Positions 1 through 9,172 of a DNA stretch of 64,000 bases are shown here, piece after piece. A program made the translations under genes and the position numbers. The DNA comes from Alphaproteobacteria bacterium (GTDB lineage: Bacteria > Pseudomonadota > Alphaproteobacteria > JAUXUR01): contig JAUYSY010000029.1 in the NCBI GenBank assembly GCA_030696155.1, forward strand, positions 4,059 through 68,058, written 5' to 3'. The first letter of the stretch is position 1; the number at the start of each line of letters is the position of its first letter. The notes under the pieces were generated by a model that saw only the letters and a list, made by a program, of their open reading frames with translations, made no database searches and was not told the origin of the DNA.

Positions 1-310
1 AAACACTACAAAAGTCTCGTCCTCCACAAAAATACCTGAGTGTTTGCACAAAGGTGTTTGTGGCAATCCACACTTTTTATCGAATTATTCAAAAGTGTGG
101 ATTGCTGCGCAGCTTCGCTGCTCGTAATGACGAACTGCTTGATTTTAAAATACTTTTCAACATGTAGCTTTTTCAATTTATTTCACTAAATATAATATTT
201 GATCTCCAAACTCAAGCATCTTTTTGATGCTGCGAACAAGTCTTTGTATGTAGGTAGTGGTTGTGGAGTCAATGCTGGTAGTAATTTGTTAACACGTTTA
301 AGTGTTTTAT

Positions 311-353
311 AAAAAAAAGGGTTGTTGACTTTCACGCACAACAACCCTTTTTT
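311..353. terminator. Bidirectional rho-independent terminator: GGGTTGTTG stem, loop, CAACAACCC, flanked by an A-run and a T-run
   Basis: Perfect 9-bp GC-containing inverted repeat at 319-327/339-347 followed by TTTTTT and preceded by AAAAAAAA. Lies immediately 3' of the minus-strand helicase gene. Confidence 0.75.
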
Positions 354-369
354 AGTTTAAGGCGCTAAA

Positions 370-2610
370 TTAAGCAGCGCGTGCTCTTGGTTTAAATGGT
401 TTGCGACCATCTTTATCAAAGGATTTTGCACCAGAACTTGGGGCAAAACTCTTCTTTTGAAAGTCTCTTTTAGGTTTATCAAAACCTGCTTTAGGTGCCG
501 CACCATCACGTGAAAAACCTGGTTTCGGACCGTCGAATTTAGGTCTTTCAGATCTAGGTCTATCTTCACGGGGCCTATCGTCTCTGGGGCCTTTTGGACC
601 ATCAAAAGCTGCGCGTTGGGCGCGTGGGCCTTCAAAACGTTTAGGCGCTGTTCCATCTCTGTCAAATTCACGACGTGGAGGTTTAGAGAAACCGCCTTCG
701 CGTGGTGTGTCTCTGGAGAAACCTTCGCGATTTCCTTCAAAACGTTGTTTAGGCGCTGATGGACGATCAAAATTATTTTCTTTGGCAAATTCACGACGTG
801 GTGGTTTGGAAAAACCGCCTTCGCGTGGTGTGTCTCTAGAAAATCCTTCACGATTACCTTCAAAGCGTTTTTTAGGCGCAGATGATGCATCTCTATCGAA
901 TTCACGACGTGGAGGTTTTGAAAAACCGCCTTCGCGTGGTGTGTCTCTAGAGAAACCTTCACGATTACCTTCAAAGCGTTGTTTAGGCGCTGATGAAGCA
1001 TCTCTGTCGAATTCACGACGTGGAGGTTTAGAAAAACCGCCTTCACGTGGTGTATCTCTCGAAAATCCTTCACGATTACCTTCAAAGCGTTTTTTAGGGG
1101 CTGAATCATCTCTGTCGAATTCACGACGTGGTGGTTTGGAAAAACCGCCTTCACGTGGCGTGTCTCTGGAGAATCCTTCACGATTACCTTCAAAGCGTTG
1201 CTTAGGTGCAGATGGTCTATCATTATCAAATTCACGACGTGGAGGTTTTGAAAAACCTTCTGTGCGTGGTTTATCTGGCGAATAATGGTCGCGCGGTGCA
1301 CCTTCAAAGCGTTGCTTAGGTGCTGATGGACGGTCATTATCGAATTCACGACGTGGTTTTGAAAAACCACCTTTACCGGCGCCTTCAGATTTAAATCCAC
1401 CAAAAGGTTTTTTAGGATAGAAAGGATCTTGTTTATCAAAATCACGACGACGATTTTGACCAAAAGATTTTGAATTTTTATTAGTTGATGATTTAGATCC
1501 ACCATTTCTTGGTGTTTCAATTTTTTGATCTGGATTCATTAAACGTTGAATTTCGCCCCATTTTTTTGTTTGTTGCGGTGTGATCAAGCATAATGAAAAA
1601 CCAGTTGCACCAGCACGTGCAGTACGGCCAATACGATGGATGTAATCTTCAGGACATTGCGGCAAATCATAATTGATAACATGCTGAATATGTGGAATAT
1701 CAAGTCCACGCGCTGCAACATCGGTTGCAACAAGAATTTGCGTGCGACCAATACGGAAGCCATGAATAACGCTTTCACGTTTTTTTTGTCTTAGATCACC
1801 ATGAATCGCTGAAACGCGATATTTTTCTTTGTACAAATTATTCGCCAAGCGATCAGCACCAATTTTCGTTTTAACGAAAATAATAACAGAACCTTCACGT
1901 TCACTTAATTGTGACAATAATTGTGGATATTTTTCTTCTTCAGAAACTTTAAGAATATCTTGCTTAATGGCAGCAGCAGGTTTGAAATTTGATCCAACAG
2001 AAACGCGTTTTGGATCTTTAAGATATTTCGCCGCTAATTTTTCAATGGTGACAGGAAAAGTCGCTGAAAACATCATTGTTTGACGATTTTTGGATAAATG
2101 CGGAATAATTTGATCTAATTGAATACCAAATCCCATGTCAAGCATACGATCTGTTTCATCTAAAACTAAGAAATGTACATTCTTTGTTTTGAATGTGCCA
2201 CGTTCTATATGATCGATCACGCGACCAGGTGTGCCCACAATAAGACGCGGATTCGCATTAAGCTGTTGCATTTGGCCTGGATAAGGATCACCACCAATTA
2301 ATAATGCTGTTTTAAGATCGCCACGTATGGCTAAAAGCTGTCTAATGGCCGTATGAACCTGCTGTGCGAGTTCACGTGTTGGCGTTAGAATTAAAGCGGA
2401 TTCATATGGATTTGCCATCAATTTGGCAATTAAAGGAATACCAAAAGCAAGTGTTTTGCCGGTACCTGTTTGCGCAGAACCCATAACGTCATGATCATTC
2501 ATGGCTAAAGGAATTGCTTCCAATTGTATAGGCGTGGGTGCTGTAAAGCCTAATTTATCAATATATTGAAGGAGTTCTTCTGGGAGACCCATCTGGTGAA
2601 AAGCGTTCAT
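370..2610 (-). CDS. rhlE: ATP-dependent DEAD-box RNA helicase (RhlE/DeaD-like) with long C-terminal Arg/Gly/Asp-rich tandem-repeat tail
   Basis: N-terminal core has helicase motifs AQTGTGKT, PTRELA, DEAD (VLDETDRMLDMGF), SAT, HRIGRTARAG. Start chosen at ATG 2610 (MNAFHQMGLPEEL) rather than the upstream ORF-track start. C-terminal ~280 aa are 40-aa repeats PREGGFSKPPRREFDRDxSAPKQRFEGNREGFSRDT. Confidence 0.85.
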   Translation of the reverse strand: MNAFHQMGLPEELLQYIDKLGFTAPTPIQLEAIPLAMNDHDVMGSAQTGTGKTLAFGIPLIAKLMANPYESALILTPTRELAQQVHTAIRQLLAIRGDLKTALLIGGDPYPGQMQQLNANPRLIVGTPGRVIDHIERGTFKTKNVHFLVLDETDRMLDMGFGIQLDQIIPHLSKNRQTMMFSATFPVTIEKLAAKYLKDPKRVSVGSNFKPAAAIKQDILKVSEEEKYPQLLSQLSEREGSVIIFVKTKIGADRLANNLYKEKYRVSAIHGDLRQKKRESVIHGFRIGRTQILVATDVAARGLDIPHIQHVINYDLPQCPEDYIHRIGRTARAGATGFSLCLITPQQTKKWGEIQRLMNPDQKIETPRNGGSKSSTNKNSKSFGQNRRRDFDKQDPFYPKKPFGGFKSEGAGKGGFSKPRREFDNDRPSAPKQRFEGAPRDHYSPDKPRTEGFSKPPRREFDNDRPSAPKQRFEGNREGFSRDTPREGGFSKPPRREFDRDDSAPKKRFEGNREGFSRDTPREGGFSKPPRREFDRDASSAPKQRFEGNREGFSRDTPREGGFSKPPRREFDRDASSAPKKRFEGNREGFSRDTPREGGFSKPPRREFAKENNFDRPSAPKQRFEGNREGFSRDTPREGGFSKPPRREFDRDGTAPKRFEGPRAQRAAFDGPKGPRDDRPREDRPRSERPKFDGPKPGFSRDGAAPKAGFDKPKRDFQKKSFAPSSGAKSFDKDGRKPFKPRARAA
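520..1350. repeat. Intragenic tandem DNA repeat (~120-bp unit, about 7 copies) encoding the helicase C-terminal tail
   Basis: Near-identical 120-123-nt units are visible directly (ttcacgacgtggaggttt...ccttcaaagcgtt...). They generate long spurious ORFs in the other frames (357..1520 minus, 707..1285 plus). Confidence 0.8.
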
Positions 2611-3296
2611 TGTTGACCTATCTATATTATTGTCAATTGTTTTCTCTTTCAATCGACTACATATCATATAGGATGGAAGAGATTTTTGATGGTATATCTT
2701 TATATATACCTATTATGCAAATTGTCAGGATTATCAGATTTTGGCATTGCACTATTATTGTGTCTTTGAAACAAAGAGTATCTGTTTAGCCAATTATTTT
2801 CCTACCTACATTTTGAAATAAGAACGGGATAATTTAGAAAATATAAAATTTTAGTTTTTTCTAAAAAGGATTCGCTTATTTAAGTTGGACTGTATATCTT
2901 TTTTGCTTAAAAAGCAAGATAAGAATTTAATCTATATAAAATTAGTAATGTTGAAATCAATATTAAATGCTATTGGCATTTGGGTTTAATAAAATATCAA
3001 TGGCATCTAATATTACAAATTTTTATAGCGCGTAAAACCTTAAAAAACAATCCAGAGAAATAGCTCTTATAAAGGTCTATATATACGATTTATTTATCGC
3101 ATTACAGTAAATTTCGTTGTTGAGTTCTGAACTCACAACGAAACACATGATCCAGAGAGCATGCGTCTAAAGTTATTTAACCTATAAAACCTATGAAAGT
3201 CAGCATTTCCATGATATCTTTAACATGTTTTTATTGTAACAAAGTCAAATCGTATTAATTGCTTTGTTTACATTCATTTGTGTCTATAAAAACTCA

Positions 3297-3579
3297 ATCT
3301 ACGGGACAATTTTTATTTTCATGCTAAAAACTTGCCCACACACCTTTGTTTTCCTGAACGCGTTGAAGCGAAGCTTCATACGTAGATTCAGGATCCAAAA
3401 CGCAATTCATGCTCGAAAGAGCATGGCAAAATTATTTAAATAACGTCATGATCTACGATCATGATTATTACGTGGACCCTGAATCGGCATTCGAGCCCTT
3501 TGGGCTCTCATTGGTTCAGGGAAACAGGAAGGTTGTTTGTAGCCTTCGAGATAAAAATTTATTTTTTGTCCCGTAGATT
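3297..3579 (+). repeat. Family-A structured MITE-like element, copy 1 (terminal inverted repeats atctacgggacaatttttatttt / aaaataaaaaatgtcccgtagatt, multi-hairpin core)
   Basis: Homologous to 46834..47111 and, as reverse complement, to 49930..50115. Contains hairpins catgctc-GAAA-gagcatg, catgatc-TACG-gatcatg, gagccc-ttt-gggctc, gaagc-gaa-gcttc and cctgaa...ttcagg. Confidence 0.7.
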
Positions 3580-3615
3580 AATAAAAACTAAACAAATAGT
3601 TTCGAAAGAGGTCTG

Positions 3616-3810
3616 ATGCTTAAATTTTTAATTATTTCAGCCATTATTATTTTTATAGTATATAAGATTAGACGTTATATGATCCATTTGCTATTTCCAC
3701 AACTTAAAGGCGAAAATGCAAAAATATCAGATCTAACTTATTGTAGATCATGCAAAAGCTTTCATTTGGAAGGTGACCAGCATTGTAAAAAACCAAAAAA
3801 AGATTCTTAA
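3616..3810 (+). CDS. Small hypothetical membrane protein (one TM helix plus Cys/His-containing tail), upstream of htpX
   Basis: 64-aa ORF with hydrophobic N-terminus LIISAIIIFIVY and a CRSCKSF...HC motif. Sits 130 bp upstream of htpX on the same strand. No recognisable family. Confidence 0.3.
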   Translation: MLKFLIISAIIIFIVYKIRRYMIHLLFPQLKGENAKISDLTYCRSCKSFHLEGDQHCKKPKKDS

Positions 3811-3943
3811 TACTATAGATACAAAAGCATCATTGTTTTTAACAGTTTTAATAATAAACGCAACCAAACCCTTTAAAATTTCTATTTTTAAGATATATTA
3901 GTAGGGGTATGCAAGATTTTAAATAAGACCTTAAAGGAAAAAA

Positions 3944-4792
3944 ATGGCACGCACTTTTCTACTCCTAGCAGGACTTACGGCTCTTTTTGTAGGTATAGGC
4001 TTTTTAATTGGTGGCACAAGCGGCATGATAATTGCGCTTGTTATTGCTTTAGCGATGAATTTCTTTTCTTATTGGTATTCCGATAAACTTATTTTAAATA
4101 TGTATAATGCGAAAGCTGTAACGCCTCAAGAATCGCCAGAATTATATAGCATGATTAAAGAACTCGTCATGCGCGCGCAATTACCTATGCCTAAGCTTTA
4201 CCTCATTCACGAAGATCAGCCCAATGCATTTGCAACGGGCAGAAATCCAGAAAATGCTGCCATTGCTGTTACAACCGGTTTATTAAATGCTTTAAGACCT
4301 GACGAGGTTAAAGGTGTCATTGCTCATGAACTCGCGCATGTCAAAAATAGAGATACGCTTATCATGACAATTACTGCAGGTATTGCAGGCGCCATTTCAA
4401 TGTTAGGCCATTTGGCACTTTTTACATCACATAGCAATGATAGCAATAACAAAACAAATATATTTGGTACAATTCTTATCGTTATTTTGGGTCCTATTGC
4501 TGCTATGCTCGTTCAAATGGCGATTTCCAGATCACGTGAATATGAGGCTGATCGATTAGGTGCACTTATTTGTGGACATCCTTTGTGGCTTGCAAGTGCG
4601 CTTGAAAAAATGCAAAACGCGGCACAGCATATTGAAAGCCCCAAGGCAGAAAATAATCCTGCAACAGCACATATGTTTATCATCAATCCTTTAAGCGGAC
4701 ATTTAATGGATAATTTATTTTCAACACACCCAAACACCCTTAATCGCATTATGCGTCTTAAAAAAATGGCAGGATCTAACCCATGGTCGTAA
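3944..4792 (+). CDS. htpX: Zinc metalloprotease HtpX (M48 family)
   Basis: [10 protein letters not shown] zinc-binding motif, four TM segments, C-terminal [13 protein letters not shown] aaaggaaaaaaATG. Confidence 0.9.
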   Translation: MARTFLLLAGLTALFVGIGFLIGGTSGMIIALVIALAMNFFSYWYSDKLILNMYNAKAVTPQESPELYSMIKELVMRAQLPMPKLYLIHEDQPNAFATGRNPENAAIAVTTGLLNALRPDEVKGVIAHELAHVKNRDTLIMTITAGIAGAISMLGHLALFTSHSNDSNNKTNIFGTILIVILGPIAAMLVQMAISRSREYEADRLGALICGHPLWLASALEKMQNAAQHIESPKAENNPATAHMFIINPLSGHLMDNLFSTHPNTLNRIMRLKKMAGSNPWS

Positions 4793-4794
4793 GC

Positions 4795-6117
4795 ATGCCC
4801 ATTGATCATCAAAGCTTTCTAGAAAAAGAAGGTGTATTGCCTCGTTTTCTCGTTATTAAAGCATTAGAAGCCTTATGGCAAGGCAAAGAAATTGATTTTA
4901 CACATAGTAAAGGCTACAAACAATTAAGCCAAGAAGATAAGGGGTTTTCTAAATTACTCTATCTTACGGTAATCAGAACATCAGGGCAATGTGACGCACT
5001 TATTGATTCGTTGGTTCTTAAAAAGATAGAAAAAAGGAATATGATGATACGCGATATTTTGCGCTTAGGCATTGTGCAGCATCATTTTTTGAAAACACCC
5101 GCACATGCTATTGTAACAACAGCGCTTCATTTAATTGATCATTTAAATCAAAAAAACTTTAAACCTTTTATTCATGCCGTTTTAAGTAAAATCTTACGCG
5201 ATGAGCATAAATTCCTGATCAAAGAAACAGGTGTTGATAAAAACTTCCCTGAATGGATGTTTAAACGTTGGCGTAATAGTTATGGCCTAGGCAAAGCGCA
5301 AGAAATTGCTTTCGCTTTTTCAAGAGAGGCACCAACCGATTTTACCCTTAAAACTGATCTAGGTTTATGGACTGAAAAGCTTAATGGTAAAATATTACCT
5401 TTTAATACAATTAGATCTTATCATCAATCGATCATTGAAAGCTTAGAAGGCTATCATGAAGGTGAATGGTGGATTCAGGATTGGTCATCTTCTTTACCCG
5501 TTAAATTGCTCAATCCTATTAAAGGTAAAAAAGCACTTGATTTATGTGCGGCCCCCGGTGGTAAAACAGCACAATTAATAACTTATGGTCTGGATGTAAC
5601 AGCCATTGATAATTCAGCTCATCGATTAAAAAGATTACACGAAAATTTAAAACGTCTCAAAATGCACGCAACTATCATTCAAGAAGATGCAATCACTTGG
5701 AAAAGCAAAGATAAATTTGACTATGTCCTTGTTGATGCACCTTGTAGTGGCACTGGCACTTTTAGACGTCATCCTGAACGTAGGTTCCTAAGAAAAGAAA
5801 ATGATCTTGATTCATTACTTGAGATTCAAGAAAAAATACTTTTAACAGGTTTGAAGCATTTAGCAAATGAAGGTACATTGATATATTGCACTTGCTCACT
5901 TGAACCAGAAGAAAATTCACAACAAATTGAAAAAGCGCTTGCTCAGTACAAAACTATAGAACGTGTTCCGTTCACATTGGAAGAGGTCCAAGGGATCAAA
6001 TCTATTTTAACACCCTCGGGCGATATACAAGTTTTACCTTTTGAATTATCAGAGTTCGGCGGCGCTGATGGCTTTTTCATCGCACGTCTAAAGAAGAAGC
6101 AAGTTATACCCAAATAA
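4795..6117 (+). CDS. rsmB: 16S rRNA (cytosine-C5)-methyltransferase RsmB/Sun family
   Basis: SAM-binding DLCAAPGGKT, catalytic DAPCSGTGT and TCSLEPEEN motifs, N-terminal NusB-like region. Start placed at ATG 4795 (MPIDHQ) just after the htpX stop. The ORF track gives 4783 with a 10-nt overlap. Confidence 0.8.
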   Translation: MPIDHQSFLEKEGVLPRFLVIKALEALWQGKEIDFTHSKGYKQLSQEDKGFSKLLYLTVIRTSGQCDALIDSLVLKKIEKRNMMIRDILRLGIVQHHFLKTPAHAIVTTALHLIDHLNQKNFKPFIHAVLSKILRDEHKFLIKETGVDKNFPEWMFKRWRNSYGLGKAQEIAFAFSREAPTDFTLKTDLGLWTEKLNGKILPFNTIRSYHQSIIESLEGYHEGEWWIQDWSSSLPVKLLNPIKGKKALDLCAAPGGKTAQLITYGLDVTAIDNSAHRLKRLHENLKRLKMHATIIQEDAITWKSKDKFDYVLVDAPCSGTGTFRRHPERRFLRKENDLDSLLEIQEKILLTGLKHLANEGTLIYCTCSLEPEENSQQIEKALAQYKTIERVPFTLEEVQGIKSILTPSGDIQVLPFELSEFGGADGFFIARLKKKQVIPK

Positions 6118-6334
6118 TATGAAACTACCGTTTTTAGCCTATGACCTTTGGTCGCTTTTTGAACCAAAAATTCCTAAGGTAAACTCATTACCTGTCGCAA
6201 TTTTTTGCACCAAAAATCACCTCAAACTTCATGCCTAAAAATCGGCTTTTCAGATTATTTGGGTATATTTCTTGCAATGTTGAATAATTTTTGATATAAG
6301 TTATTTTCGAGTTTTGAAATAAGGGGTTTAGACC

Positions 6335-6562
6335 GTGAAAAAGAATATCCATCCAAATTACCATGAAATCACCCTCATCTTAACGGATGGCACGAGTTAC
6401 AACACGCGCTCCACATGGGGAAAAGAAGGCGACGTTATGCGTCTTGAAACTGATCGTACTTCCCATCATGCATGGGTAGGTGGTACACAAAGAATTCTAG
6501 ATACTGGCCAATTGTCACGTTTCAACAAACGTTTCAAAAGCTTTGGCTTAGATAAGCAATAA
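6335..6562 (+). CDS. rpmE: 50S ribosomal protein L31
   Basis: [22 protein letters not shown]... is the typical L31 N-terminus. GTG start preceded by AAGGGG. Confidence 0.9.
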   Translation: MKKNIHPNYHEITLILTDGTSYNTRSTWGKEGDVMRLETDRTSHHAWVGGTQRILDTGQLSRFNKRFKSFGLDKQ

Positions 6563-6577
6563 AATACAGATTTTGCG

Positions 6578-6603
6578 GGCAAATCAATCAATAAATTTGC
6601 CCC
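6578..6603. terminator. Possible hairpin terminator between convergent rpmE and the DUF1465 gene
   Basis: gggcaaat / atttgccc 8-bp stem with a 10-nt loop. T-tract is weak. Confidence 0.3.
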
Positions 6604-6656
6604 GAAAGTAAATAATTTTCTTTTGTATGCTATACTTTTACCTTAACATTAACCAA

Positions 6657-7055
6657 TTATTTCTGATTAATCATTACCTCTAAACGTTCAACGCGTTCAA
6701 ATAATGTTTGACTACGATCAAGCAATGATTTGAGTTTGCCTGGAATGGGTAACTTTGTTTGTTCGGGATCAAAATCTATCCAGCGTCTTAGACTATTGCG
6801 ACCTTCCTTACCTTCATCAGAATGCATCTCGCCTGTATGAACAGCTTTTTGAACCAATAGCCATGCCATAATGTCCGTCAATTGCGCTGTAAGACGCATC
6901 GTAAGACACGTAAGTGCTAATCTTATAGCTGGTTCTGCTTGTTTTGCCTGATTTGGCTGATATGCTTCTAAATAATCCCTAACCTCGACGAGCAATTTTA
7001 GGGCATCATCATAGGTTTTCCCAAAAAATGCTGTTGCATATATTTTACTGCCCAT
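6657..7055 (-). CDS. DUF1465 family protein (RcdA-like regulator of CtrA degradation)
   Basis: 132-aa protein with the alphaproteobacterial DUF1465 signature (YATAFFGKTYDDALKLLVEVRDYL...). Strong RBS taggaggagacaATG. Confidence 0.65.
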   Translation of the reverse strand: MGSKIYATAFFGKTYDDALKLLVEVRDYLEAYQPNQAKQAEPAIRLALTCLTMRLTAQLTDIMAWLLVQKAVHTGEMHSDEGKEGRNSLRRWIDFDPEQTKLPIPGKLKSLLDRSQTLFERVERLEVMINQK

Positions 7056-7244
7056 TGTCTCCTCCTAACGTAATAACTTATTTGTGTCGTTATATTATTA
7101 TTTTGGCGTAATTAAGTTAAAATTAGATTAAAAGAAAAAACTATATCTTTAAATTTTTTTTAAAATTATCTTATAAAGGTGAGCAAATAAATAATGAGTA
7201 TATATAAGTACGAAAGAAATAAATATAGAACTGAATAGTTTTTT

Positions 7245-7287
7245 TAAAAAGAAAAGGCCCAGCATTATACTAATATTCTGCTGGGCC
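7245..7287 (-). terminator. Rho-independent terminator of the DUF2059 gene (GGCCCAGCA...TGCTGGGCC followed by a T-run on the minus strand)
   Basis: 9-bp GC-rich stem at 7256-7264/7279-7287. The minus-strand transcript ends in TTTTCTTTTT. Confidence 0.65.
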
Positions 7288-7295
7288 TTGTTATA

Positions 7296-7913
7296 TTAAT
7301 CGATTTCTTCTGCTTCGCCTTTTTTAGCGCCTTCTTCTTGCATTTTTTGGAATTTTTCCATCATTTCTTTTTGTTTCTTAGCTTCTTCTTCACGTTTTTC
7401 AAGAAGTTCATCAACTAATTTTGGATCAATACCAGCTTTTTTTGCAGCATCCATACCTTTTTTTAACGCATCTTGCATTGCAGGCATTAGACCTTTGCTT
7501 GTGTCTTGCATGACTTTTGACATTTCTTCCATGACTTTAGGCATCATATTTTTTTGCTTTATGCCAGCGGGTGATTTCATAAAAGCAGTAATTGCTGTAA
7601 GATCTTCTTCAGTGAAATGCTTGTCATAAAGACCAGCTAATTGTGGCATAACTTTGCCATAAATTTCTTTTGTGATACGAACTAATTCTTCTTTAACAGC
7701 TTTTGTGAAAACTTCATCAAATTTAGTTTGTTGATCGCCAAATTTACCTTTAAATGGATTGGGGACATTTTTAGTAATTTGTGCAAATGATTGCTCAATT
7801 TGTTTGTCTGCTTCACTTAATTTGATAACTTCGTCAATAAGTGCTTTTTTGTCAGCTTGTGCAAAGCTTGTTACAAGCACAAAAGCCAGCGGAAGGGCAA
7901 AACGTTTAAACAT
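7296..7913 (-). CDS. DUF2059-domain secreted/periplasmic protein
   Basis: Signal peptide MFKRFALPLAFVLVTSFAQA, then a Lys/Glu-rich helical protein. Start moved to ATG 7913, which has RBS aaggaa; the ORF track starts at 7967. Confidence 0.6.
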   Translation of the reverse strand: MFKRFALPLAFVLVTSFAQADKKALIDEVIKLSEADKQIEQSFAQITKNVPNPFKGKFGDQQTKFDEVFTKAVKEELVRITKEIYGKVMPQLAGLYDKHFTEEDLTAITAFMKSPAGIKQKNMMPKVMEEMSKVMQDTSKGLMPAMQDALKKGMDAAKKAGIDPKLVDELLEKREEEAKKQKEMMEKFQKMQEEGAKKGEAEEID

Positions 7914-8000
7914 AAGTAAGATTCCTTTGGAGGGTTCAAATAAATTTCTAATTTGAATATTATACAAAAAAATTCATAAAAAATCAAAAAATGTTTGTTT

Positions 8001-8510
8001 TTATATTTTTTTTGATAAAAAGATCGCCAATTTTGTGCCCTGACGAATCATTTGCCTCAGCACAGGATAACAAGGTGCAGCTTTTGCAAATTTTTCAATG
8101 CCTTGTTCCTTATGATGAATTTCATCATTTTGAAATTCTTTAATTTTATCTTTTAAATCTCTATCGATTTCAGGATGCTGTAATTGTTCTTCGTAATGCT
8201 CTTCAATAACTTCCTCAACAGCGACTGTACAGGCCATGGCAGCACGTCGTCCCAAAAGAGCAGTCCCAGCACCTAAAGCAAAACCCATCACACGCCAAAA
8301 AGGGGTCAACATTGTAGGTCTTATATGTTCATTTTTTAATTTTGTATCAAAATAAGCAAAATGATCTTCTTCTTGAGAAAGCATCGTTTCGATCATTTTT
8401 TTTGTCTCACGTCGTCTTAAAACAGCAAGTTGACCTTTATAAATCTGAACTGCACCAAACTCACCCGCATGGTTGACGCGTATCATTGATTCGTATTCTT
8501 TATTTTTCAT
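8001..8510 (-). CDS. coq7: Demethoxyubiquinone hydroxylase COQ7 family (ubiquinone biosynthesis)
   Basis: Di-iron carboxylate motifs RVNHAGEFGA and EExEH(Y) are characteristic of COQ7. Confidence 0.8.
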   Translation of the reverse strand: MKNKEYESMIRVNHAGEFGAVQIYKGQLAVLRRRETKKMIETMLSQEEDHFAYFDTKLKNEHIRPTMLTPFWRVMGFALGAGTALLGRRAAMACTVAVEEVIEEHYEEQLQHPEIDRDLKDKIKEFQNDEIHHKEQGIEKFAKAAPCYPVLRQMIRQGTKLAIFLSKKI

Positions 8511-8513
8511 TAT

Positions 8514-9029
8514 TTAATTCCTTTTCTTAATAATACCTAAAAATGATAATATCATTAAAAAACAGGACAAAATAAAATTATATCCCGTCATTGACAGCCC
8601 AAATAATGACCATTGCACGATTGCACATTGAACAACTGGTGTTGCAAGAATCTGTTTACGCATTTCATCAATATCATCTTCGTCACCCAACGTTGAGCTA
8701 CATATTTCATGATCTGTCCACCAAGATTGCTCTATACCAAAATGGTAAAAACTAATACCAACATTTGCCGCAAATGTAAAAAATAGAAATGCATAGAGAA
8801 CAAAACGAATTTTAGATTTTTTATATAAAAAAAGCCCAAAAACGCTTAGCCCTATCGCAATCCAATAAGGATAACGTTGATACAGGCAAAGATTACAAGG
8901 TTCGAGCATATCAACATATTGACTGTAATATGCATAAGAAAGCACAAAAAAAGAGGTAAGCGCAAAAAATCCAAACATCAAAAAGTGAAATGATATTTTC
9001 GAAAAAATAACTTTTTTAATTGCCATCAT
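8514..9029 (-). CDS. dsbB: Disulfide bond formation protein B
   Basis: Four-TM protein with a CNLCLYQRYPYW-type Cys pair and a second periplasmic Cys pair. Confidence 0.7.
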   Translation of the reverse strand: MMAIKKVIFSKISFHFLMFGFFALTSFFVLSYAYYSQYVDMLEPCNLCLYQRYPYWIAIGLSVFGLFLYKKSKIRFVLYAFLFFTFAANVGISFYHFGIEQSWWTDHEICSSTLGDEDDIDEMRKQILATPVVQCAIVQWSLFGLSMTGYNFILSCFLMILSFLGIIKKRN

Positions 9030-9082
9030 GTAAAAACCTATTGACCATTTTCAAAACTTCGTTAAGATTCAAACTCGTTAAT

Positions 9083-9168
9083 GCCCCTGTGGTGGAATGG
9101 TAGACGCGGCAGACTCAAAATCTGTTGTCTTTGCGGACGTGGGAGTTCGAGTCTCCCCGGGGGCACCA
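9083..9168 (+). tRNA. tRNA-Leu (anticodon CAA)
   Basis: Cloverleaf: acceptor GCCCCTG/CGGGGGC, anticodon stem GCAGA/TCTGT with loop CTCAAAA, long variable arm, T-arm GGGAGTTCGAGTCTCCC, 3' CCA encoded. Confidence 0.9.
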
Positions 9169-9172
9169 AATC

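Noticed and set aside
357-1520. 387-aa minus-strand ORF (and 192-aa plus-strand ORF 707..1285) with internally repetitive sequence
   Set aside because: Alternative-frame translations of the 120-bp tandem repeats inside the helicase gene. The helicase frame is the only one with real motifs and a continuous N-terminal catalytic core.
1584-2083. Small ORFs 1584..1778 (-) and 1829..2083 (+)
   Set aside because: Embedded in or antisense to the helicase catalytic core. No independent support.
4513-4812. 99-aa minus-strand ORF antisense to htpX. Similar antisense ORFs occur inside rsmB, ispG, ivd, mgtE, maeB, lepA, mdtB, mdtC, pepP, gdh, the MFS gene and the 669-aa and 842-aa genes
   Set aside because: All lie fully inside strongly supported genes on the opposite strand or another frame and have no motifs. 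Typical shadow ORFs.
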